From positions 1-33,137 of the IMG/VR virus record IMGVR_UViG_3300014613_000063: 33,137 nucleotides of DNA. One strand, given 5' to 3'. Below are positions 1 to 6,841 of this stretch, piece by piece. The position numbers and the translations under genes were made by a program. Every line of letters starts with the position of its first letter. Positions within the stretch are counted from its first letter, which is position 1. Below the pieces are notes generated by a model. That model ran no database searches, had not been told where the DNA came from, and saw only the letters and a program-made list of their open reading frames with translations. This DNA is from a virus (Duplodnaviria; Caudoviricetes).

Positions 1-2
1 AC

Positions 3-224
3 TACAATGACATACTGGATTACCTTGATGAACATTTCCCAGACGGCTATACCATCATCAATGCAAACGGAGCTTGGCAAGGTATCCGTGAGAAGTCACT
101 GATTGTTGAAGTGATGAGCGAACACAACAACGCAATTGAATCCCTTGCTTATTGGTTACGCAAGCATAACAAACAACAAGCCGTATTAGTGCAAGTAATT
201 GACATTTACAATTGGAGTCTGTAA
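3..224 (+). CDS. 5'-truncated DUF3574 / phage SAM-lyase-like protein (candidate anti-restriction factor)
   Basis: Manual translation of frame 3, absent from the ORF track: YNDILDYLDEHFPDGYTIINANGAWQGIREKSLIVEV...AIESLAYWLRKHNKQQAVLVQV. The FPDGxT-x4-GxW-x3-E and QxxVL pattern matches this family. The stop TAA at 222-224 overlaps the next ATG. Confidence 0.65.
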   Translation, partial: YNDILDYLDEHFPDGYTIINANGAWQGIREKSLIVEVMSEHNNAIESLAYWLRKHNKQQAVLVQVIDIYNWSL

Positions 225-346
225 TGAAAACCTACAAGAAAAATAGACTACGTAAACTGGTATCGTGGGGATATATCACACAACAACAAGCTAATCAGAT
301 GTGGCGGGATTATCTTCGACTATTTAAGCAATATTCAGGAAAGTGA
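224..346 (+). CDS. small hypothetical protein (40 aa)
   Basis: Manual translation MKTYKKNRLRKLVSWGYITQQQANQMWRDYLRLFKQYSGK. TAATG coupling to the upstream gene. Confidence 0.6.
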   Translation: MKTYKKNRLRKLVSWGYITQQQANQMWRDYLRLFKQYSGK

Positions 347-349
347 GGT

Positions 350-496
350 ATGGAAATGAAAATGGTATATGTAATCAAAGACGACAGAACAAATGAAATA
401 ATAGCTGTTTACTCTGCGTTAAAAAGAGCACGTGAACACGTGAATAAAGCGGAAGGTTCTGAATGGTTAATTATTGAATATCACAAAGTATGGTAA
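350..496 (+). CDS. small hypothetical protein (48 aa)
   Basis: MEMKMVYVIKDDRTNEIIAVYSALKRAREHV..., preceded by the SD-like GAAAGTGAGGT. Confidence 0.6.
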   Translation: MEMKMVYVIKDDRTNEIIAVYSALKRAREHVNKAEGSEWLIIEYHKVW

Positions 497-522
497 TCAC
501 ACATCACACATCACATCACCCA

Positions 523-557
523 GAGCCGGACGAACCTCACCACGTCCGGCTCATTTC
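523..557 (+). terminator. putative intrinsic terminator hairpin
   Basis: Perfect 10-bp stem GAGCCGGACG (523-532) / CGTCCGGCTC (543-552) directly after a gene run. The U-tract is weak (ATTTC). Confidence 0.5.
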
Positions 558-626
558 ATATCAGGACGGGTCACTGGCAGTTTTCCAAGAATTAGTACAG
601 TTTATAATAGTATTAGCATAACTTAT

Positions 627-1063
627 GTCTATATAGAATCACCGTATCCAGACCACGAACCCTCATTATCAGGCCAAAAACGCAGATGGTCTATACACGG
701 TCTATATAGAATTGGCCTATCCAGACCGAACATAACTCTAATAACCTCAATTACTTACAAACGAAAAACGACCTTTGTGTCCGGACAAAACGCAATTCTG
801 AAAACTTTTGTATAGAAAACGTATTTCTTAACGGTTATAACGATTACATATATAATCCCTATAATCCCTACTTTCTATTTTATATAGTAATAGTTTATAA
901 AAGTGTATAGACCAAAACAGTAAAAAACAGCCATAACACCATATCACATAACAGTTTATATCAATCCTATACACGCTTTTCTATCCAGACATAATAGACA
1001 TAACTGCGTTTATCCATCAGAATCAAGGCCAGTTGGTCTATATAGACCCGTTTTGTATAGACC
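627..1063. repeat. cluster of about 11 GTCTATA/TATAGAC/TATCCAGAC repeats in an AT-rich non-coding block (candidate replication origin)
   Basis: Copies start at 627, 645, 688, 699, 717, 809, 903, 967, 981, 1035 and 1054, in both orientations. GGTCTATATAGACC at 1035-1048 is a perfect 14-bp palindrome. Confidence 0.7.
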
Positions 1064-1229
1064 ATATTTACGACCGATAACACGGATTTGACTTTTGTCG
1101 CAATGACCAAATGTCCGAAAGACTAAATGTGTCGTTATAATAGTTATAATCATTACGAAAAAATAATGGCCTTATAATCACTATAATCAGACTATATGAA
1201 GGAAATTTTACTACGGGCGAAAATAATAC

Positions 1230-1258
1230 TTGACATCGGATGCTAATTATGATATACT
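1230..1258 (+). promoter_or_regulatory. sigma70-type early promoter with extended -10
   Basis: TTGACA (1230-1235), 17-nt spacer ending TGA, TATACT (1253-1258), upstream of ATG 1280. Confidence 0.85.
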
Positions 1259-1279
1259 AAAAAGAAAAAAGGATAAAAT

Positions 1280-1624
1280 ATGAGTATTGCTCACGCAATA
1301 AATCTTTTATGCGATAGATATTTTGAAGATTACGGCGTTACTCCAGAACGTATTAACAATGGACGATGTGAAGATTTTGCGACAGATTTAGAATCTATGG
1401 ACTATGGAATAGTTGTTTGGGGGGACGAAATAGAACGCAAATACTGGACGCCAGGAATAGAAAATTTTTGTCCTGATTGGTTTACACATTTCGCACCTGC
1501 ACATTGTTTTATATTATATAAAGACAGAATATATGACAGTGAATGTCTTGAAGGTGTTGACTATGTTGATGAATTACCATTTTATCAGCGACAATTAACC
1601 AGTGATTTTGCAGGGGCATATTAA
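1280..1624 (+). CDS. hypothetical early protein
   Basis: 114-aa ORF directly downstream of the promoter, with an AAGGA SD. It contains INNGRCEDFA and HCFILYKDRIYDSEC (Cys/His/Asp, possibly a papain-like triad; unverified). Confidence 0.8.
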   Translation: MSIAHAINLLCDRYFEDYGVTPERINNGRCEDFATDLESMDYGIVVWGDEIERKYWTPGIENFCPDWFTHFAPAHCFILYKDRIYDSECLEGVDYVDELPFYQRQLTSDFAGAY

Positions 1625-1625
1625 G

Positions 1626-1673
1626 GTAGTTTAACCACTAACCGACCAGACTTCGTCCATTACAGAGCACGTG
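1626..1673 (+). repeat. imperfect 48-bp intergenic direct repeat, copy 1
   Basis: GTAGTTTAACCACTAACCGACCAGACTTCGTCCATTACAGAGCACGTG, 40/48 identical to 4142-4188. Confidence 0.8.
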
Positions 1674-1737
1674 GTGAACCCGTTTTTGTCCGATAACAGA
1701 ATTTATGGTATTTCCCGATATTTTCGGTGTTTTATCC

Positions 1738-1766
1738 TTGACACCCCGTCTCGATTATGATATAAT
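1738..1766 (+). promoter_or_regulatory. sigma70-type early promoter, perfect consensus with extended -10
   Basis: TTGACA (1738-1743), 17-nt spacer ending ATTATGA, TATAAT (1761-1766). Confidence 0.9.
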
Positions 1767-1817
1767 GATAACAATGTAGAAAACCAAAAACATTAACCAT
1801 TTATTGAAAGGGAAAAA

Positions 1818-2177
1818 ATGAAAGCCGCAGAAAAAAATTATGCAGTTCAACGTGTGTTGGAAATAGAACGACGGAAAGCACAGGCTGTTCGCGACAAATA
1901 TCCGGATGCAGACAAATGTCTGTCTAATCGTGACAAGGTAGCGATGATAAAATCCGGCAAAGCGAAAATTAAAAAAGATGTGGACTACGGCGGATACCGT
2001 CTCGACCTCGATTCGATTTTTGTGTGGCCGGAAGATAGCAAGAAAGTCAAAGCAGAAAAACAGCTTGCAGAAGAAATCGATAAGCTAGACGCACAGGCAC
2101 AACAGGTCAAGGATGAATTGATGTTGGGCGATGAAGAAAAAGCTCTGGCTTTACTCCGTCAATTCGAGCGAGAATAG
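1818..2177 (+). CDS. hypothetical early protein, helical/coiled-coil
   Basis: 119-aa ORF with GAAAGGG SD downstream of the promoter. Confidence 0.8.
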   Translation: MKAAEKNYAVQRVLEIERRKAQAVRDKYPDADKCLSNRDKVAMIKSGKAKIKKDVDYGGYRLDLDSIFVWPEDSKKVKAEKQLAEEIDKLDAQAQQVKDELMLGDEEKALALLRQFERE

Positions 2178-2225
2178 TTTTTACTGTCCTGTACTTATGA
2201 ATAGTATAGGACAGAACAAACTATT
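2173..2225 (+). promoter_or_regulatory. long imperfect intergenic hairpin (RNA processing site or terminator)
   Basis: AATAGTTT pairs with AAACTATT, and CTGTCCTGTACT pairs with AGTATAGGACAG (one G-U), around a 7-nt loop. Confidence 0.55.
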
Positions 2226-2257
2226 TAGGCCGATAGTGGCTGATAAGAAAGTGAAGT

Positions 2258-2443
2258 ATGAAAATGGATAACTACACAGCAGTATCAATAGCAGAGGGAT
2301 TTTGTGAGCATGAACCAACAGAGCAGGAACAGATTAACGCATGGCAGCACTTAATTGACACCGGTCTTGCATGGAGTTTACAAGGCTGGTTCGGTCGAAC
2401 AGCGGCAGCACTTATTGAGCAAGGAATATGCACAGCAGCATGA
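2258..2443 (+). CDS. small conserved phage protein
   Basis: The WQHLIDTGLAWSLQGWFGRTAAALIEQG motif is one I recall from phage early regions. SD-like GAAAGTGAAG. Confidence 0.8.
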   Translation: MKMDNYTAVSIAEGFCEHEPTEQEQINAWQHLIDTGLAWSLQGWFGRTAAALIEQGICTAA

Positions 2444-2781
2444 AAACTATTCCACTAACTAACAGCGACCAGACAGCAATAGTCAGCGACATCGATTACG
2501 ACCGTGTTATGCAATATCGCTGGATGTTAAAGCATAACGGCAAAGGCGGATATTACATAGCACGGTCGGTTCGACGGAAATCGCATGTTACTACGGTTCA
2601 TTTACACAGGTTCATCATGCAGCCGGACGACGGTTATGACGTTCATCACCGAAACGGTAATAAGCTGGATTGTCGTCGTAATAATTTGGAGACGATAACA
2701 CACGCCGGTCATGCGGAATTGTACTACGGAGCATACGCACGCGGCTGGCAAGAATATGTGGAGCGGGAATATGGAATCTAA
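2440..2781 (+). CDS. HNH homing endonuclease
   Basis: IPLTNS..AIVSDIDY, LHRFIM, VHHRNGNKLDCRRNNL (HNH_3 pattern). Start taken at the ATGA overlap at 2440. Confidence 0.85.
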   Translation: MKTIPLTNSDQTAIVSDIDYDRVMQYRWMLKHNGKGGYYIARSVRRKSHVTTVHLHRFIMQPDDGYDVHHRNGNKLDCRRNNLETITHAGHAELYYGAYARGWQEYVEREYGI

Positions 2782-3340
2782 AAACTGGTATAAAGAATGT
2801 GGAGACTCCATTCGAGCAGAGTTTGGAGCAGACGCCGAGCTTTTTATTGACTTGTTAGCAGCGACATCGCCGCGTAAACAGGTATCGGCTAATTGGCGAC
2901 TTGCCATGCGGATTTATCATGTATGGCAAAATCGTGAAGTGCCTGTTTTTGGCATGTTACCACCAAGAAGTTATGATAATCTCATGCGGGGCACATTACC
3001 TGCACATCGACCGAACATAATCAAAGCATTACAACGCAAGTCATTATCCGGTAATAAAGTAACGGCATTTGCTGCGAATCTCAAAGGTAATTTGCAAGAG
3101 GTAACACTTGACGTCTGGATGTGCCGACATTACGGGTATCCGCAAATATTGTCTGATAAGAAGTATGCCGAGCTCGCGGCGATTGTTAGGACAGAAGCGG
3201 CGACAGCCGGATTACAGCCAGCCGAATATCAAGCCGTGATATGGCATGAAACGATAAGAGCTTATGGCAAAAAACCTCGCTCATATTTGGGAGTCCGTGA
3301 CCGGAATCAATTATTTTTCGAATTTTACTTGACAAGCTGA
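2771..3340 (+). CDS. phage protein resembling the HhH-GPD/DNA glycosylase-like family (DUF7178-like)
   Basis: WY...LLAATSPRKQVSANWRLA...KVTAFAANL...VTLDVWM...YQAVIW pattern. Start taken at ATG 2771. Confidence 0.55.
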   Translation: MESKNWYKECGDSIRAEFGADAELFIDLLAATSPRKQVSANWRLAMRIYHVWQNREVPVFGMLPPRSYDNLMRGTLPAHRPNIIKALQRKSLSGNKVTAFAANLKGNLQEVTLDVWMCRHYGYPQILSDKKYAELAAIVRTEAATAGLQPAEYQAVIWHETIRAYGKKPRSYLGVRDRNQLFFEFYLTS

Positions 3341-3357
3341 ATCGAATATGATATAAT
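3329..3357 (+). promoter_or_regulatory. sigma70-type early promoter, perfect consensus with extended -10
   Basis: TTGACA (3329-3334), 17-nt spacer ending AATATGA, TATAAT (3352-3357). Confidence 0.9.
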
Positions 3358-3381
3358 ACTAATAATGAAAGTGAGGATAAT

Positions 3382-3648
3382 ATGAATGACCAGTATGGTA
3401 ATAAAGTGCCGGACGATTTAGTATTGATACCGAATTTCGAGGATTTATCGGCAGAAGAACGAGTTGATGTTTTTGACGCCGATTGGTATGAGTTGAATGG
3501 ATATTATCTGGCCGTATCAGCAAAAGATGTTAATTATATTACAGAAGATGACCCAAAGGATGTTTTGGAGAATGGATTACAAACAATTGATTATATAGCG
3601 GACATTCTGAAACGAGGTAACGTGATGGATGGATTTTATCACGCATGA
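3382..3648 (+). CDS. acidic hypothetical early protein
   Basis: 88-aa D/E-rich ORF with GAAAGTGAGG SD, first gene after the promoter. Confidence 0.8.
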   Translation: MNDQYGNKVPDDLVLIPNFEDLSAEERVDVFDADWYELNGYYLAVSAKDVNYITEDDPKDVLENGLQTIDYIADILKRGNVMDGFYHA

Positions 3649-3806
3649 ATCAGATACAACAAACAACACTAACAATCAAAGACATCACGGAGCACCATGA
3701 CATGCTGGAGCAGGAACATTGCGTAAACTTGTTCTTACCGGCAGACCGTAGGCAGGAAGTGATGGATGAAATGTTAGAACGATTTATCGAAACGTTTTTG
3801 AAATGA
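3645..3806 (+). CDS. small hypothetical protein (53 aa)
   Basis: Manual translation MNQIQQTTLTIKDITEHHDMLEQEHC...FIETFLK, with ATGA overlap. Confidence 0.55.
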   Translation: MNQIQQTTLTIKDITEHHDMLEQEHCVNLFLPADRRQEVMDEMLERFIETFLK

Positions 3807-3815
3807 GGTGAAAAC

Positions 3816-4115
3816 ATGAAAGTAAGGAATATGACAGGTAGAACGGGACGTGCAGTGGCGAATCAGTTTATCATTGAAACTGAAGGTCAGGGTGCTTTGG
3901 GCAGTTTTCTTAAAAGGGAAGTATTTCAAAGTTATGGCAGTGTCATTGTTGTAAGAACTATATGACCGGACGAGACGAGAATCGAGCTTGATATAGACTG
4001 TTGGGCTTATTCAATGACCACAGGGAAATATCGGAATCAGTTTTTAGGCGAAACGAAACGAGAAACGCAGGCCAAGATAGATAGTGGTGAATATGTTTTG
4101 GCCGATTTGAATTGA
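3816..4115 (+). pseudogene. conserved phage early protein interrupted by one in-frame TGA (3963-3965)
   Basis: MKVRNMTGRTGRAVANQFII...FQSYGSVIVVRTI*PDETRIELDIDCWAYSMTTGKYRNQFLGETKRETQAKIDSGEYVLADLN. Both halves fit a phage family recalled from memory. Strong GAGGTG SD. Confidence 0.7.
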
Positions 4116-4141
4116 TGTATAGTTAAGGTGCAGATAATTAA

Positions 4142-4188
4142 GTAGTTTACTACTAACCGTCCCGCGTTCGTCCATTACAGCGAACGTG
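4142..4188 (+). repeat. imperfect intergenic direct repeat, copy 2 (47 bp)
   Basis: GTAGTTTACTACTAACCGTCCCGCGTTCGTCCATTACAGCGAACGTG. It can fold CGCGTTCG/CGAACGTG around the loop TCCATTACAG. Confidence 0.8.
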
Positions 4189-4230
4189 TGGAGTTTGGAT
4201 TTAGGCCGATTGGCCAGAAAGTGAGGTAAT

Positions 4231-4368
4231 ATGAATAAAGTAGACCGTGACGAGCGTTATGTAAAACGCTGTAAAAAATGTGGCCGAGTAGTCGGCTGTG
4301 ATATGAATGGCAAGAAGCATAAGTGTTATTGTGTGTCTGCAAAAATACTGCGAAAGGGGATTAAATGA
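4231..4368 (+). CDS. small Cys-rich basic protein (45 aa)
   Basis: MNKVDRDERYVKRCKKCGRVVGCDMNGKKHKCYC..., with GAAAGTGAGGT SD. Confidence 0.6.
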   Translation: MNKVDRDERYVKRCKKCGRVVGCDMNGKKHKCYCVSAKILRKGIK

Positions 4369-4529
4369 AAGAATACCGTATCAGAGTTACAGAAACATTA
4401 AGTCGACTTGTATCAGTAGAAACAGAATGTGAAGATGACGCAATAGACTTAGTACAAGAACAATATACCAATGAAGAGATTGTTCTTGATGAAACTGATT
4501 TTGACAATGTAGAATTTGAGGTGGACTAA
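4365..4529 (+). CDS. DpnD/PcfM-like small acidic protein
   Basis: Manual translation MKEYRIRVTETLSRLVSVETECEDDAIDLVQEQYTNEEIVLDETDFDNVEFEVD matches the ETL-x2-V-x-VEA...Y-x2-EEIVLD-x2-DF pattern. Confidence 0.8.
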   Translation: MKEYRIRVTETLSRLVSVETECEDDAIDLVQEQYTNEEIVLDETDFDNVEFEVD

Positions 4530-4747
4530 TGAAACAACTAACAAACAGCGAACGACTGGATGTAGCAATGAGCTTACTCACCGATGAACAGGTCGATGAG
4601 TACGCGGAGCGGTGTGCAGAACTTGAACGTGACTGTGAACGAAATGGATTCTATGATACACCAGCGGAGTGTAAAGGTCTTGATTGTGCCGATTGTGGCA
4701 GAGACGATGATTGGCGGGAAAGCATAGATTGTCCGGAGATGGACTGA
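4529..4747 (+). CDS. acidic Cys-rich hypothetical protein
   Basis: 72 aa, about 22 D/E, six Cys, TAATG coupling. Confidence 0.7.
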   Translation: MKQLTNSERLDVAMSLLTDEQVDEYAERCAELERDCERNGFYDTPAECKGLDCADCGRDDDWRESIDCPEMD

Positions 4748-4761
4748 AAGGTGGTGAACAA

Positions 4762-4854
4762 ATGTGGTACGTAGCAGGATTCATAGCATGTATGATGCTA
4801 ACGTTGTTAGGCGTTGCAGGAATAGTGGCTGTAATGTTGTGGAGTAGATTATGA
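4762..4854 (+). CDS. 30-aa single-TM membrane peptide
   Basis: [30 protein letters not shown], with GAAAGGTGG SD. Confidence 0.55.
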   Translation: MWYVAGFIACMMLTLLGVAGIVAVMLWSRL

Positions 4855-5027
4855 CCCGTAAACGTAGTAACAAACTGGATAAGCCGGTACACGAAATAGC
4901 TGAAGTGTTCGCAGCCAGATTCATTGCACAGTATGGAATCAAAGCAGCCGAGCAGATAGCGAAACTGGCTTATGAAAAAGTAGTAGCGAGCCGAAAGTCG
5001 TTAGAGCGTAGACATGGCAAAAAATAA
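4851..5027 (+). CDS. small hypothetical protein (58 aa)
   Basis: [38 protein letters not shown]..., with ATGA overlap. Confidence 0.55.
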   Translation: MTRKRSNKLDKPVHEIAEVFAARFIAQYGIKAAEQIAKLAYEKVVASRKSLERRHGKK

Positions 5028-5484
5028 ACAATGTACTAAATGTAAGAAACAAAAACCGTTTTCTGCTTTTAATAAAAGTAAATTAGAAAAAGATAGAGGT
5101 GTCCGACTGGATAGGGGCAGATGGCGTGCCTGTATTCAACACAGGGGCAAGCAGATACATTTAGGCTTATTTGACACCGCAATACAGGCAGCACAGGCCT
5201 ATGACGCAGCAGCTAAACAGTTTCATGGCGATAAAGCTAAACTAAATTTTGGCAGGCTTATTACGACGAAAGAGGAATATATATACAGGTTATGCAGTCC
5301 TGATTTTTTCGGATTGTCGTATTCGGCAGCAGCGAAACTTATGCACATGAGTAAGGACGGCATATACGAAGCTATGAAACGGATTAAGCAAAAATGTCCG
5401 ATATTGTTTCCATTAATACTGCCGATTGGGAAAACGTTACGGTATAGCCCGTGGATGGACATAGAAATCAAACAGAAATTTTAA
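5014..5484 (+). CDS. AP2-domain plus HTH DNA-binding fusion protein
   Basis: N-terminal CxxC, then an AP2 motif ([47 protein letters not shown]), then a C-terminal HTH paralogous to 6458-6838. Confidence 0.8.
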   Translation: MAKNKQCTKCKKQKPFSAFNKSKLEKDRGVRLDRGRWRACIQHRGKQIHLGLFDTAIQAAQAYDAAAKQFHGDKAKLNFGRLITTKEEYIYRLCSPDFFGLSYSAAAKLMHMSKDGIYEAMKRIKQKCPILFPLILPIGKTLRYSPWMDIEIKQKF

Positions 5485-5503
5485 CAGAAAGTGAGGTAAG
5501 CAG

Positions 5504-5722
5504 ATGAAAATAGTAAACACCGAAGTAGAGCAAGAACCGATAAAGTTTGAAGATTTGGAAGCAGGTCAGTGCTTCAAATGGAACAGAAATGCGACAACAA
5601 ATATATGGATGAAAACTGATTATGACCAGGACGCTGTTGATTTAGGAGATGGTGAATATTGCTCTAATTTATACGGAGAGGATGTGTTCCCCGTCAACGC
5701 TGAAGTGCATATCGTTGACTAA
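5504..5722 (+). CDS. acidic hypothetical protein
   Basis: 72-aa ORF with GAAAGTGAGGT SD. Confidence 0.75.
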   Translation: MKIVNTEVEQEPIKFEDLEAGQCFKWNRNATTNIWMKTDYDQDAVDLGDGEYCSNLYGEDVFPVNAEVHIVD

Positions 5723-5731
5723 TCGAAACCA

Positions 5732-5798
5732 GAACAACAACCGGCTGCAATATCCGGCATAGCGATTCGGCATTACCGGCTGGTTGTTGTTCACTTTT
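5732..5798 (+). terminator. long hairpin followed by a short T-run (terminator or processing site)
   Basis: GAACAACAACCGGC (5732-5745) pairs with GCTGGTTGTTGTTC (5779-5792) with one G-U, followed by ACTTTT. Confidence 0.55.
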
Positions 5799-5814
5799 AA
5801 AAAGGGTGTGAGAT

Positions 5815-6171
5815 ATGATAAGATTATTGGACGCATGTAAAATGGCTCGCGACTGGTTTGATAAAATGACTAATAATGAATCTGTTTGGGAAGAACAACC
5901 TGCTGCTGATATGGCGACTATAATGCACGAAGCTATTACTGAGACAAAGCAGGGCACTCCCGCCGAAAGCCGATACGGTCGTGAGCCGGATAAGGTGAAG
6001 CCGCTGGCTCAATATCTTGATGAATATATCGAGCATGAAGTCGAGCTTGACAACCTCGATACCGGCGTAAGTGAATTATTTGCTTATGATTCATGGCGTG
6101 AGCTACTTGAACAAGCACTCGACGCGTACGAATCAACCGAGAACGTTAAAATCAGAATTGAAAGGGTTTGA
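5815..6171 (+). CDS. hypothetical protein with acidic C-terminal half
   Basis: 118-aa ORF with AAGGGTG SD. Confidence 0.75.
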   Translation: MIRLLDACKMARDWFDKMTNNESVWEEQPAADMATIMHEAITETKQGTPAESRYGREPDKVKPLAQYLDEYIEHEVELDNLDTGVSELFAYDSWRELLEQALDAYESTENVKIRIERV

Positions 6172-6172
6172 T

Positions 6173-6343
6173 ATGAAGAAGCATTATATACCAAAACAAT
6201 TATATAGGTGTGTTATAGTTGCTACTGCTTCTTGTGGCGAAGTTGTGAGTACCTTACCGAGCCACAAGTATAGCACTTACCATAAAAACCACGTAACCTG
6301 CAAAAACTGTCGGCGAACCAAAGCGTTCAGGGGCGTGAAGTGA
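6173..6343 (+). CDS. small zinc-binding basic protein
   Basis: MKKHYIPK...CGE...VTCKNC. Start taken at ATG 6173 behind GAAAGGG. Confidence 0.65.
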   Translation: MKKHYIPKQLYRCVIVATASCGEVVSTLPSHKYSTYHKNHVTCKNCRRTKAFRGVK

Positions 6344-6412
6344 TACGCAAAACCCTTAAACGAGTCCTATAAAAGTATTTTCAGAAAATTTTAAGATTTA
6401 TTTCTGGAAAGG

Positions 6413-6442
6413 TTGCATAGAAGGCTACTTTTCCGGTAATAT
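6413..6442 (+). promoter_or_regulatory. possible promoter for the middle/replication operon
   Basis: TTGCAT, 18-nt spacer, TAATAT, in an AT-rich gap and preceded by an imperfect inverted repeat TTTCAGAAA...TTTCTGGAAA. Confidence 0.35.
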
Positions 6443-6457
6443 AGAGGACATACTTTT

Positions 6458-6838
6458 ATGGCAAAACGACTGATTACTAAAAAACAAGAGCAGGCACTTC
6501 GATTATGTCATCAGGATTTTGAAGGGTTGGACCAAGTTGAAGCAGCGAAACAGATGAGTATTAGCCACCAAGCTATAAGTAAATTATTAGCTGCTGTAAA
6601 AGAAACCTTGCCACAATATTTTCCAATTATAACCAAACACGAAGCTCAAATATATCATTATTATATGGTCGAAGGTTGGGAAGTAAATGAAATAGCAGAG
6701 TATATAGGATTATCACTGAACGCAGTTTACAAAACACTTCAACGAACACGGGATAAAGGAATGTTTTTTACTGAAGCTAAGGGTAGAATATTATCGTACG
6801 AGCCGAGCATGGATGTTAATGTTGAACAGAAGTTTTAA
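6458..6838 (+). CDS. tandem HTH (sigma70 region 4-like) transcription regulator
   Basis: ITKKQEQALRL...GLDQVEAAKQMSISHQAISKLL and ITKHEAQIY..EGWEVNEIAEYIGLSLNAVYKTLQR. Confidence 0.8.
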   Translation: MAKRLITKKQEQALRLCHQDFEGLDQVEAAKQMSISHQAISKLLAAVKETLPQYFPIITKHEAQIYHYYMVEGWEVNEIAEYIGLSLNAVYKTLQRTRDKGMFFTEAKGRILSYEPSMDVNVEQKF

Positions 6839-6841
6839 CTC

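Noticed and set aside
497-520. CACAT microsatellite-like run
   Set aside because: Short, imperfect and intergenic, with no evidence for phase variation.
474-815. 113-aa ORF from the track
   Set aside because: It has a TTG start with no SD, overlaps a better ORF and runs through the hairpin and repeat block, so it is likely spurious.
627-1063. CRISPR array
   Set aside because: The repeats are only 8-14 bp, irregularly spaced and in both orientations. The Cas4-like gene is a stand-alone phage exonuclease.
3963-3965. Genome-wide TGA recoding or selenocysteine
   Set aside because: TGA ends many genes at natural boundaries with ATGA overlaps, and I see no convincing SECIS-like hairpin after this codon.
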